Source: Nemertoderma westbladi (taxonomy: Eukaryota; Animalia; Xenacoelomorpha). From it: a stretch of DNA of 32,305 bases. Below the pieces are notes generated by a model. It saw only the letters and a list, made by a program, of their open reading frames with translations. It was not told the origin of the DNA and searched no databases. This document shows, piece by piece, positions 1 through 11,700 of this stretch. Position 1 is the first letter of the stretch, and each line of letters opens with the position of its first letter. Where the stretch lies: contig JAUCBJ010004785.1 in NCBI GenBank assembly GCA_032718475.1, positions 1 to 32,305 on the forward strand, in the 5' to 3' direction. A program made the translations under genes and the position numbers.

Positions 1-179
1 TGAACAGATAGAATATCCATTGGATAAAACTTTTTATTGTACAGATGCATTACTCGTTCTGGAATATCTTACCAATGAAGTCTGCCAGTTCAACGTCTTC
101 ATCTCTAACCGAGTAGCTGTTATACTTAGTCGCACTAATATAGACCAATGGACTTCTTAAGTAAACCAGAGGAGGAATG

Positions 180-202
180 CCCCCCCCCCCCCCCCCCCCC
201 CC
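180..202. repeat. poly-C homopolymer (~23 nt)
   Basis: Uninterrupted C run seen directly. Confidence 0.9.
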
Positions 203-989
203 AACTTACTACGGCTGAGATTAGACAAGCCAAGGGAGCGTAAACAGTTAAGACTAAAACCCGGACGAGTAAATCTAAACTGTTCAAACCAGCGATAGAT
301 CTGTCAGTACTGTATAGATACAGCTGGTGCTGCTAACAAGGATTCTAACGAAGAGAGAACCAAAGATCCTAACTGAGTCCAAAGTAAGGCAGTTGCCGAT
401 ATTAGAGCCATAGATTGGAGACTGGTGTACCTGATGTCTCTGAGAGTCCACAAAATCCTTCATTCTGCTAGTATTCAGCCCAAGTACCAACAGTGGCGTG
501 AAATATCAAGTAAAATGAATTATCTCAGCACTCAGCATTGCTTCACTCTCTACACTTACTGCATTATAAACTGCATTTTGTAACCTCAAACATCTGACTG
601 CTGATTAACTGGTGATACCGCTATTTTTATACTATTTTATATGGTTGTTCATTGTAGAAGTAAATCATAGTGCTCGATAAAATAACTGTTGTAATTATTG
701 TAAGTCATAATAACTCTCTCTGGTATTTAAAGCGTAGCATCTGAAATTAACTGCTAATATTACCCTGAAAGTAAACATAGTTTTTGGAGATTATATAGTA
801 GAGATCAATCGAATAATACTAAGTAACCTACCCCTTCATACCTATAGAATTCAGTCTCCCACACACGGTAGGTCATACGCCGCGCAAGACTGTCTTCTAC
901 TGTTGTTTGATTTTTTATGGGCTAACAAATAATATAAGACACATAAATTAACAGGTTAAACTGTTAAAGGTCTAAAAGCGCGAACAGCA

Positions 990-1978
990 TGGAATTTATC
1001 TGTTGTGTTTGTTCCATGGAGTTTATCCGCTGTTGTTTCAGTAGTTGGTTGTCCTTGGTTGCAACTTCCCAAGAGCGGCAAAAATCTAGAGTTTCTTCCT
1101 GTGGTAGAGGCAGTCATTTTGAAAATAATTCCTCCCTGGTTTCTTTATCGAGAATGCCTCAGATAGGCAGTATGTTAATCCAATCATCTGCACACAATGT
1201 TGTCGATTTCTGCATCCTCGGCAAGTTTGTATCACCGGACATAATAGTCGGTGAATGTTTGGCCACTGGTCTGTTTTAGTTGAATAAATTGGTGGCAGTT
1301 GACGACAATGATTCACTCTGCCTACAGATACACTTTGATGTCGTCGATACTCTCTGTGACAGTTTTATCCGTATTGGCAGGAATGTTTAAACAGTGTCGG
1401 ATCCATTTGAAGAATTCTGGCTTGCAGTTTGAAAAGAAGATTGTGGTTTGGTCTTCTCTTATTTTCTCATCAAGGTGAACAATGCGGCAGTAATTGAGCA
1501 AATGAATGACCCATAACTTGAATCGGTTATAGTTATAATCAATATTGTGTTTATCTGGAACCCTGGTAGTCTATTTCCCAGTGGCTCCACTGTCCCAGCA
1601 TCGCTGGTCGGCGTTTGTGTAATCCTGCTCCTGATCTGCTGTTACTACGTATTGTCAAAGCAACTGTAGTAACTCCACACACTCCTCGGCATGGATCTGT
1701 GTCTGGCTTTCCTCTCGTCATTGTTCCTCTTCAATACGCTCCCGCTGTAGGTGGTTAAGGAGCTGTGTTATGTTGAACTGAGTGTTTGTTGCAGCTCGTG
1801 GTTCTTCCTCACTAGTTATTGCAGTGGATAGTTTTTGCTGTAGCGTTACCATGGAAGTTTTTGAACTGAAAGGGAGGCCTGCACGGCCGCAGTCGCAGTG
1901 TGCCTGGAGGCTTGGGCAATCTAAATTCTCGATTTCCTTGTAGGTGAGGTCGAGCCAATCCTCGGGATTGATGTCCAT
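990..1978 (-). pseudogene. Decayed Ty3/Gypsy-type gag
   Basis: Reading on from ORF 1718-1978 through stops gives gag-like segments (RFKLWVIHLLNY...FIQLKQTSGQTFTDYYVR*YKLAEDAE), resembling the 'Q..GE.F.DY..RL..LA' gag motif. It lies directly downstream of an LTR-like end and PBS. No pol is recognisable; the 3' boundary is approximate. Confidence 0.6.
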
Positions 1979-2095
1979 TACCAGGCCGTGTAGTGCAACT
2001 ACTGGAATGCAGGAATGCCGAACTATGACTACTGGTACTGAATACTGGACTCTGGAAATCTGCCTATCTGTAGTTTCAACCAGCGAGATTAGCGG

Positions 2096-2113
2096 GTTCC
2101 ATTCGCAGCACCA
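2096..2113 (-). other. Putative primer binding site
   Basis: The minus strand reads ...TATAACA|TGGTGCTGCGAATGG: an LTR-terminal CA followed immediately by TGG (complement of tRNA CCA), ~120 bp upstream of the gag start. The primer tRNA was not identified. Confidence 0.55.
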
Positions 2114-2320
2114 TGTTATATTTCATACCCGAGAATATATTGATAAACATTAAATCAAATATAATATCAGCTTTATGCATAATAAGTGCCATTGCACCAG
2201 TACTGCAGTGTATTGTAACCTACCAAGATAAAATGTAAGTAGCCTCTACTGGTCCGTTAGGGACTGATAGTTTTATATGCAACTTGGCTGTGTATGAGAA
2301 TGGAAAGTGAGTATGTAACA
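2114..2320 (-). mobile_element. Putative 5' LTR of the Gypsy remnant
   Basis: Bounded by TGTTATAT (2114) and ATGTAACA (2320), a 7/8 inverted repeat with TG...CA ends, and abuts the PBS. No second LTR was found, so the 2320 boundary is tentative. Confidence 0.45.
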
Positions 2321-2478
2321 ACCGTATTTTTAATATGATTTATTTTTCTTTTTTACTATGGTTTGATTGTTATTCCAAAAATTATCATATACTTTCAAGA
2401 ATACCCTACCCAATCCCCTCATAGATAAACATCTATGTATTAAATCCCTCGAATATATCATCAGTCAGATATACTAAC

Positions 2479-3147
2479 CTGTTTCAGTTCTGTTGTCAAG
2501 CAGCAAAGTTTCATCAAAAATGCTACTCAAGTTCCCTTCTGAAAGAAAACAATGATAATAGCGAGCTTGAGAAATATAACCTTTAAACATTGTTCCATCA
2601 ATTTCTCGTTTTCCAATCAAGAGAGTGTTATTGGTATCTGCTATATTTCGAGATGTTGATGGTGTATCAAACTCCATCATCTGGTGATCACCATTTCCTA
2701 CTTTTCGACGGTAGAACAGCACCTTTTTATCCACAGCATTCACTCCAACAGACACCATATACCATTCACCAATATCTGTTGCATCTGGCACTGGCATTGT
2801 AAGTAAAGGAGATATGCCATTAAGGGCATCATAGAACAAGGTATTGATATAAGGATATAACCGAAAGTTTGATCCAGTGGAAACTTTATTTCCAAATTCA
2901 AATATAGGACCATATATATTAACCATAGGTTTTACAAAAGCTACCATAGTAAACGTCTCTGTTAGTAACTCTATACCATGATGAACTGAAACATATCCGC
3001 TACAGAAATTCATTGCCTGTTTATCGACTCCTGATGGTCCTGGAACTAATGATGGACTTCCTTTGATGATCCCAATTTGTTTTCCCATCATGTCCTTAGC
3101 TCCATACTCTATGTTTAATGTCCAATAAGCTGAGGGTTGACATTGAT
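2479..3147 (-). CDS. Internal exon (669 nt, phase 1-1) encoding a LamG/ConA-like lectin-glucanase (pentraxin-like) domain, copy 1
   Basis: Open frame DQCQPSAYWTLNIEYGAKD...GPSG...AMNF...FTMVAFVKP...GEWYMVSV...LLIGKRE...FKGYISQARYY...LS. Acceptor tttattacAG|ATC at 3147 and donor AG|GTTAGT at 2479. Confidence 0.8.
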
Positions 3148-3949
3148 CTGTAATAAAGGTAATTAACCTGATATAACATAAATCGATCAGCAATGATTGG
3201 ATATCGAGCTAAAGGCAAGCACTAACCTACATTTAATTGTATCTACCATATGTGGCCGATAATTGGCTAATGCAAGAATTTTAATTACATTAGAATACAC
3301 ACCCCCTCTGTGACATTTTTCGTTTTAAGTATACTTTTCTTCTTTTTTTTTGCTACCAGAAATTGAATTGATGTGTACCGCCTTCTGACAAAGCAGCATC
3401 CAGTTAAAGTTACCAATTATAGTATTAAATGGTCGCGGCTTCATTTAGTATTTCTGCATAATGAATATTTCAAAATTTGAAGTGAGACACCACAATTTCG
3501 GTGCTCTCAAAATGAGGTACCACTAGGTACTCAGGTTTTTTAAAATTTTATTCGATTCAGAAACGCATCAAAATCCGCTGAAATCAAAACTTGGTGTATT
3601 TTCCGAGACTCATTTCCCAAAATTTGAGAAACCCACTATTTAGTTGCACGAAAAATGGCAAACGACTGAATTTTCAGAAATGAAATTTAATGATAATCGA
3701 TTCAGCGTCTTGCAAAACTTACTAGAGCCAGCCAACAAAGTCATATTTATTCGAATAATTCAAACAATAATTTTTTAGTAATTTTATCCTGGGACTATTC
3801 TATTTTTTATAAAAATTACTACATCAAGCTAATGAAATTTACATTTTTTAAGTTTTAGAAGTGAAATAATAATAATAAATGATATAATATTCTCACCAAC
3901 ATCCCAAATTTCGTAGGATTTCATTGAAAGGTGGTTACAAAAAAACAGT

Positions 3950-4082
3950 AAAATATACACAAAGTTCTAGAACAAACGTCTTATTTATTTTAAGAGTAGT
4001 TGCGCTACAATAGTATGCCAATACAATCTATTGCGTAGCTATTCTTACAAAAACACAATGTTCCAAAAGAATGTGTATTTAT
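3950..4082. repeat. Degenerate inverted repeat, possibly the centre of an old fold-back/MITE-like element
   Basis: TAAGAGTAGTTGCGC pairs imperfectly with GCGTAGCTATTCTTA, and AAATATACAC..GAACA with TGTTC..GTGTATTT. Element termini not found. Confidence 0.3.
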
Positions 4083-4881
4083 TAAATAGAATAAAAGATT
4101 TGTAAAAGGTTCTTTTTTAAAAAGCTTATAAAAAATTTAAAGGACAAATAAAAAATTCTGATTTCATGGGGAAATCGACGGTGAGTTGAACTAGTTGTGT
4201 TTCAAATATCATGCAATATGATAGTGATTTTGTAGAAAAATACGGTGTGGGAGGCTGGGGGTACGGGGGTCATGTTATCATTAAATGACACGATATTATC
4301 TATACTCTAGTACATCACTATACTATATTATGACAATTATTATGGGTGAATATGATGTTTATTTTTTTACGATGCTGAAATAAATTACACTAATAATAAT
4401 AATATATACATATCTATATTATATAATCGATTTCATATATATTATTTAATAATTAACTTGCTATAACTAATATGTATAATTTTTGTATATACCACCTCTA
4501 TTTTACCACCAATAAATGATGAAACCACCAATATGATAGACCCCCACTTTAGTGGTGATCTGGGGGGTGTTTCACGAAGCGTAATTTAACTAAATTGGCG
4601 TAAATGAAGTATCATTTAAGAAATCTGCGTTTCACGAAGTTTCATTTAATTAAATTAAATGAAACTCCATTTAGCTGCTAAATAATAGTGTATCACGAAG
4701 GTGTCATTTAAGTTTTTATGTCATTTAATTTAAATTAAACCTCTGGGTACCATTTAACGTTATCTAATGACATTTTACACTTAGAAATAATTTTATCCAA
4801 GCAACAATGAATTTTGTTTTCCAGAAAAACTGAAAGAAGAGTAAAACAAACATACATATTTCGTAGTTGAAAACGATATAA

Positions 4882-5104
4882 GGCCGCGTTCACACTGGTA
4901 TGTTTTATATTTTTTAGTATGTTTTTTATAATAATGTTTCATATGTTTTTTATATGCTTTTTATTTTACAGTATGTTTTTACATTTTTTAGTTCTCGAAT
5001 GCTATTTGAATACTTTCATGACAAACAATATTCGAGAACTTTTGACATATGTGAGATAAAAAATATACAAAACATATAAAAAACATACCAGTGTGAATGC
5101 AGCC
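4882..5104. mobile_element. Tourist/Harbinger-type MITE (223 bp) nested in the Harbinger
   Basis: TIR GGCCGCGTTCACACTGGTATGTTTT vs reverse complement of the right end GGCTGCATTCACACTGGTATGTTTT (23/25); TAA TSD at 4879-4881 and 5105-5107. Confidence 0.9.
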
Positions 5105-5175
5105 TAAGATATACATTGCGATGTATGTATACATCACAATAACATTGTTTTAAAGTATTATAGACCTATATTACA

Positions 5176-6118
5176 ATGCTGCATCTCATGCTTCAACAGC
5201 GTCGTGCCCCGAGACTGAGAATATTTCGGGATCGATATGATCTGTTAGACAGCATGCATCCAGAGTTATTTAAAGAACGTTACAGGTTTCCGAAAGAGAT
5301 CGTAGCAGAAATGTGCACTGGAATGTTTGCACGATTGGAACATCTTACAGGACGAAGCTGTAGTCTTTGTCCTGTAACTCTGCAGGTTTGCACAGCGCTA
5401 AGATTTTTTGCCCAGGGTTGGTACATGGCTGTAGTTGGGGATATCCAGCACATTTCGAAAACAAGTGCAAGTCGTTGTATTGAGAATGTGACAACAATAT
5501 TATGTGAAGAGGCACCAAAATTACGTTACTTTTCCAGACTTAAATGCTACGAAGTATTCGTTTTATGAATACAGCAGCATGCCCTGTGTCATAGGTGCAA
5601 TCGATGGCACTAATGTAGCAATAGACACCCCATCTGAGAATGAATCATGCTATGTCAACCGGAAAGGTTACCATAGTATCAATGTGATGTTTGTCTGTGG
5701 TCCGGATCTACAGATATATAATTGTCTAGCAAAATTTCCAGGTGGAACCCACGATGCGTTTGTTTTGACATCATCGGCCTTGTATGAATATCTCGAGAGC
5801 ACACCTCAGGAAGGTTGGTTGCTAGGAGATTCAGGGTACCCCTGTAAGAAGTGGCTGCTGACACCACTAGACGAAGGGGCATCTGCAGGTAACATAAAAG
5901 AACGTGTATATCAGAAGCGCCATAAGAAAGCGCGATGTTGTATTGAAAGATGTAATGGTGTACTTAAACAACGGTTCCGATGTTTACATAACAAGCTACA
6001 CTTTGGACCAGCGAAATATTGTAAAGTGATAACAACTGTTACAACTGTAGTACTGCACAACATAGCCATAAAGAATAATCTGGCTTTTGATTTAAACAAA
6101 GAAGAACTTGAGCAATAA
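5176..6118 (+). pseudogene. Harbinger transposase (HARBI1-like DDE_Tnp_4 family), one frameshift near 5517
   Basis: N-terminal FKERYRF...LQVCTALRFFAQG..VGD...ISKTSASRCI helix-turn-helix region; catalytic core GAIDGT, YVNRKGYHSINV, PGGTHDAFV, LLGDSGYP, IERCNGVLKQRFRCL. ORFs 5176-5568 and 5504-6118 join if one A is removed from CCAAAA. Confidence 0.92.
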
Positions 6119-6699
6119 TGTTGATTGATGACCCTGGAAGTCGATTCACTGATGATTATCACTTAGTTGCTACAGGGGCTGATGTTCGTGCCAAGCTCAT
6201 CGACAACATTTTAACTATCCAGCCCGCCCTTGAGGTACTCATAAACTGTCCCCTCGGAAAATAGTATCACCATTAACTCATAATTCATTATACAGTCGTA
6301 TAGTCCAACAGTACCGGTATGTTTGAGGAAATCCTAAACAAAGTCTGAAACTGAAACTAAAGTAAATCGACGAATTACTAAATGGTCGAAATTGCAAATG
6401 AAATTTTGAAATTAAATTGGTGGGGGCTCAAATGGTAGAGGGGGGTTGAAAGTGGGATTGTTCGTAGCAAACTTGCAATCAGATCAGTACCAGTACTTTT
6501 TTGACCTCCAAGGTGGGACCACAAAATTACGATAGTGCCATTATAAACACTGTCAGAAAACGTTTTATTGATTGTCCGTGTGTATAAATGTTGATATTGA
6601 TTACAAGTTTGAATACGGTAGGCCTACTGATTTAATTGCAGTTTATAGTTTAAGCTGTTGATATGTACGACTGATAAATTAAAGAACTTATGTCAGTTA

Positions 6700-7502
6700 G
6701 GCTGTACTCTGAGTTAAGATTATCCTCATTATTCATGAGATTCTGCGACTCTTCTCTGTAACTCATGTTCCACAACTTACTCTCGGATATCATTAGCCTT
6801 CGCTCTTCAATAGCAAGTCATCGACGCTCTATGTTTAGCCGTTCTTCCTCGATTTCAAGGCGTCGTTTCTCCACGACCAATCGCTCTCCTTCTATTTTCA
6901 AAATTGGATTGTCTTTATCCACACGTTGTATTGTGATTCTCTTAAAGGTCTTTGGCTTACAGTCTCCACTTCCTCCTTGGTTTTCATTTTGATACTTGCG
7001 TTTATTATCATTTGTATCCTCAACTGGACCTTCCCTGACTACACCCTGGTCAAAAACAACAACGTCAGCAGGCACACCGTTTATTCCTTTCCAACTATCC
7101 TCTGGTATCATTCTTGCTATCCTTTTCTCTATACAGGTAAAATTCTCAATCACTTCATCCACATTCACTTCTACTTACCCACCCCCAGTCTTCTTAATCT
7201 CCTTAGTGATACTCGAGTGCGCTGCATTTAATTTTTTTTTTTACTAATGATGACTCATTGGACCATTTTATTTTAATTTGTTCCCTTGTTCGTTCTTGCC
7301 CACCAACTGCATTAACCATGCAGGTAATTTTATCATATAATTCATTCTTGCCTGCAAGTGTAATTGTTGAACAGAACTGCGCATTGAGTATTCGGCAATG
7401 CTGCTCATAACCATCTATGAGTGCATCGAACTCGTCTGTTGTCCACTTCCCCTTCCTACTAGATTTAGTTGCCTTACTACTACCAGTTGTACTACTAGCC
7501 AT
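6700..7502 (-). pseudogene. Harbinger Myb/SANT-like DNA-binding protein with C-terminal coiled coil; frameshifted
   Basis: RKGKWTTDEFDALIDGY...KNELYDKITCMVNAVG..ERTREQIKIKWSN (Myb_DNA-bind_5/MADF-like), probable frameshift at the T11 run 7232-7242, then EKRRLEIEEERLNIERR heptads and an in-frame stop at 6818. The 3' end is approximate. Confidence 0.85.
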
Positions 7503-8411
7503 TTTACCAAAGTGAACCAAATGGGGGATGATTGCAAATGGCTTAACGAAAATAGTATGACAACTACGACACATTGTACTCTAGAGATTGTGGAATTATT
7601 GTTATCATAGAAACAAGTGAGATAAAATAATTTATTGTTGAACGATAATTATGTTAATGAGGCTAAATTACACCTAATTATCTAAATGGTACCATTTAAC
7701 GTTAAATGACAACAGTCTTTAATGACACTTAAATGACAGATTCGTGAAACGTAAAACCTTGCTGTCATTTAGGTGTCATTTAGATCGTGTCATTTAAGCT
7801 AAATTAAATGAAGCTACGTGAAACACCCCCCTGGTGTTAATGTATGAAACATTGGTACATTAGTCGTTATATGGCCTTTTTGGCCAAGTAGAAATAATAT
7901 TTTTGCTACACCCAGTACCTGGATTCGGAGATCACCTGCAGATCTCATAGCCCGAAATAACACATTCTAAAGATAATTTTTTTGCAAGCAAATGTAGAAC
8001 CTGTGTTGAGTTATAGTAACCACTGCTGGATAATTTCACAGATATCACCAGGATGTTCAGTGTTCACCAAGATGCTCTACGAGGTTCATGGTATGAATTT
8101 AATGAACTAGGTATTGTCCAACATCAGTAACATCTTGATGATAATGCAGAAATTGTATATAACTGATCAGAACTGTAGCAATGTTACACATGCTCAACCA
8201 CCAATACATACTTGTAGTGTGTGGCTGATTAATATATTATTAATCATAATTAATTATATCGAATTAATAAAAGTTTTTTTCTATTAAATCCCAAGAATAC
8301 ATCATCAATAATACTAATACTATATATTATATATAATACGTCGAGCCAGCATGTACGTACAGTGCATTTGGACATCTGTATCATCAGGTATATCATATGG
8401 GAATAACTAAC

Positions 8412-9074
8412 CTCTTTCAGTTCTGATGTCGATTTGGCAGATTTCATAAAAAATGCTACTCAAATTTACTTCTGATAAATAACAACTGTAATAGCGAGCT
8501 TGGGCAATATATCCTTTAAAGGCAATCCCATCCATTTCCCGTTTCCCAATATTCAGCGTGTTCTTAGTATCTGCTGTTCCTCTAGCTGTTGATGGTGTAT
8601 CAAACTCCATCTTCTGATGTTCAACATTTCCTACTTTCTGACTGTAGAACATCACCTTTTTATCCAATGCATTGACTCCAACAGCCACCATAAACCAGTC
8701 TCCAATATCTGTAGCATCTGGCATTCTAAGTGTGGATGATACGCCATTTTTAGCATCATATTGTAGGGTTTTAACCTCAGGATATAACCAAACATTTGAA
8801 CCACTTGCAGCAATATTTCCATATTCAAATATCGGACCATTTATATTAACCATAGGTTTTACAAAAGCTACCATAGTAAACGTCTCTGTTAGTAATTCTA
8901 TACCATGTTGAACAGAAACATATCCGCTATGGAAATTCATTGCCTGGTTATCAACTCCTGATGGTCCTGGAACAAACGATGGACTTCCTTTAATGGTCCC
9001 ATTTTGTTGTCCCATCTTGTCCTTTGCTCCAAACTCCACCGATAGTGGCCAGTAGGCTGAATCTTTGCACTGAT
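8412..9074 (-). CDS. Internal exon (663 nt, phase 1-1) encoding a LamG/ConA-like domain, copy 2
   Basis: Paralog of 2479-3147 (DQCKDSAYWPLSVEFGAKDKMG...HGIELLTETFTMVAFVKPMVNI...FKGYIAQARYY). Acceptor ttcAG|ATC at 9074 and donor AG|GTTAGT at 8412, at positions equivalent to copy 1. Confidence 0.8.
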
Positions 9075-11421
9075 CTGAATTGATATTAGTATTATTTATT
9101 ATAATTATATCGTAGCTAATATATGTATTATTTTCCTATACTAATTAAAATTACGGTGTGGAATGACAAAAAATACAAAATTAACCCTAAAGCCATGCAC
9201 AGTAGGGCGGTGCGTTTTTTACTTTTTTTCGATTTCATTGTTCTACCGGTGCACAAAAGTTGCCAAATGGTAAAAAAATAAGGCAAAAAAATTTCTCTAA
9301 ATTTCATCGATATCTTGACGGATCCCAAGGGGGTTGAAATTTTAAGCCTTCGCGATGCACCACAATGACATTTATAACAATATAACACATTGATGAAAGA
9401 TCAATGACTCAAGAAAGAACTTCCTGCATGCATCAAATGTCATCAAATGGGTCCCAAACTTAGTTAGAAACCAAAATTTTGATTTTTGGATCAAGGGAAC
9501 TAGTGCCACAGGCACATGGCCAGAACCTACCCTTTGGCGCAAGTGACGAGTATTCTCAATTTTCAGTATGGCCAACTTTTAGTACTCCTACTGCATTAAT
9601 AGTATGCTCATTAGAACCACAATGACCGATTTAGTGGGGGTAGACACCTTCAAAAAAAACGTAGAGCGAATAGTTCTTGAGATAACGCAGAAAATGTGAA
9701 GTCCGGCACAAGTCTACATTACCGCCTTGAAGCGATATGGGCAAATGCACTAACAATGATACTTTGAATTATCTTAAGGCATCAAAAATATACACATCAC
9801 TGCAAGAAATTGATTTAGTGTATACAGACACCTTCAAAATGAAAGAGTAGTGATTAGTTCACTATAGTTTTTGTACGAAATGTGTGGAATGGGTCAACTC
9901 AATCCCAATATCAAGTATCAATAAATTGGTGGACATAGTCTTGACATTTTGTAAAATAGCTTAAGAACTACTGACTACTCTTTATTTTGACAATTTTCAA
10001 CAACATTTTTCAACAATATCTTATCTTAAAACCATTAATATTAAAGCTTAAAATTAAACAATCATAAAGTGCCAAAAAGCTCCGTTTGCAATTAATCATA
10101 AGGTCAATTAAGCTTCATTGGCTTTTTAAGAATGATTGGTGATTCTGTATTAGTAAATCCAAGATGAGTAATAGACTTGATGCACAAACATAAAATTGTT
10201 AGGCTAGAAACAATTGAATAAGATAACAGAGTGCCCTGAATCGAGTGGCGGGGTGTGATTTTTGTAAAAACTTGAGGAATCAGTCAAAATGGCGGGTTTA
10301 AGTAAGTGCGGGAAATTAATTTTGAAAAGATTATGTGATTGGCTGCTACAGATTTAATGTCACTACAAAGTGCTCTGATAATTTTTCTATCTTGGTTTCT
10401 ATGGATAGTGTTTTTTTGATTCATTCAAATACACATTTAATCTGGATCATATCACAAATGGTTTATATCAATTGAAAGCGGGGAGTCTTTGTGCGTCTAT
10501 TGACACTACAATGAATTAAATTCATGATGAGGAACATTGATAAAAGGCTGTTTGCAAATTTGCAAACTTGATTGATTACCAGTACCTCCTACCTAACAGC
10601 CTGAGACATAACATCCTATCAGCACCTTGCATTACAGTATCTGAGTAATGCAGGTTACTTGATTACGTTGGGTACACCTACCGCTCTTATGCTACCCTTG
10701 ACAAGTACACATTTAGAATATTCCAAGTAGCTGAGTTCTGAGTACTACCAATTAGACTGACTGGTATTACAAGTTTAGTGTCATTATAAATCTAATCTGT
10801 AGGCCTTTCCGTACTCAATACAGGTAGGAACTCAGAACTAGGACGTTACTGCTAACAGGATATACAAAAGCCAACTGTGACGGGATCCCCGAGTTGGCGA
10901 GGGAATCCCGACCACTGTGTTTTGCTATTGTGTAGTACGCGTCGCCACGTCTGCTGGCTGCAGAATAACTGAGTTTTAGTTGCAGTTGTTCATAATGTCA
11001 GAATACAATAATAGCACAATCAGAATATAATAATAGCATGGTTATTGACGACGTTCTAAACTGTCTTGCTTCCACACTCTACACAAACCAACTGAACATC
11101 ATGTAATAAATGCAACAGTTATATTACTAACACATATAGAATATTGGTACTTGCTGTATGGCCTGGCCAATGGATCCATCCCAATTAGATGGTGTTCTGC
11201 CCCACCATTGGCTAACCTATCCCCCCTTCCTTTGGCACTCCCTGTTCCCTTGTATCCACATTCTAGCTCCCTTCGTCCCCCTGAGATGGCCTATAGCCTC
11301 TCATCTTTCCTTGTGGCTGGCAATGTATATTGCCTTCGTTGGTTGTTAGGTGCTCACTAGTCCCATAGGACTTATCCCCCTCTATGCTCGCTCCCCACAC
11401 TTGGACCTCGCACTCTATACT

Positions 11422-11441
11422 CCCCCCCCCCCCCCCCCCCC
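11422..11441. repeat. poly-C homopolymer within a pyrimidine-rich stretch
   Basis: Run of ~20 C seen directly. Confidence 0.85.
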
Positions 11442-11700
11442 TCCCTATACGCTTCTCCCATACTCAACCCCCTTTCTGCTGTCACTCTCCACACACTCCT
11501 ATCGGGCCTCACGCATGTGTATACCATGTCAGTGAGATCTGTCATTGTCCCACCTTCCTGTTTTAGTCAATTAGTCCCCAGTCCCAGTAGCTAATTGGAA
11601 AAGGTTATACCTGACTATTCTACGTATATTATACTTCTCTAGTATTAATTGATTACGTACATACATTTTAATTGCACTTATATTAATTGCGTTATGGATT

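Larger units (their letters stand above)
4563..7830 (+). mobile_element. PIF/Harbinger DNA transposon, complete structure (3268 bp)
   Basis: Perfect 14-bp TIR GGGGGTGTTTCACG / CGTGAAACACCCCC (17/18 when extended); 3-bp TSD CTG at 4560-4562 and 7831-7833; convergent DDE transposase and Myb/SANT ORFs. Confidence 0.95.

Noticed and set aside
1-492. Possible second LTR or Penelope-like terminus (minus-strand TGTTGG start, AATAAA near the window edge)
   Set aside because: No partner end, no similarity to 2114-2320 and no ribozyme core visible; truncated by the window.
2474-3193. Treating the ORF-track LamG ORFs (and 8407-9039) as complete single-exon genes
   Set aside because: Their starts are non-ATG, homology between the copies begins and ends at AG/GT splice signals, and the stops lie inside the donor GTTAG.
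9198-10560. Possible DNA transposon starting CACAGTAGGGCGG, with a weak ~185-bp direct repeat near 9628 and 9812
   Set aside because: Looks like decayed transposon sequence, but no matching opposite TIR or TSD was found.
11151-11566. Short Pro/Leu-rich ORFs around the poly-C tract
   Set aside because: Low-complexity pyrimidine-rich sequence with no domain evidence.
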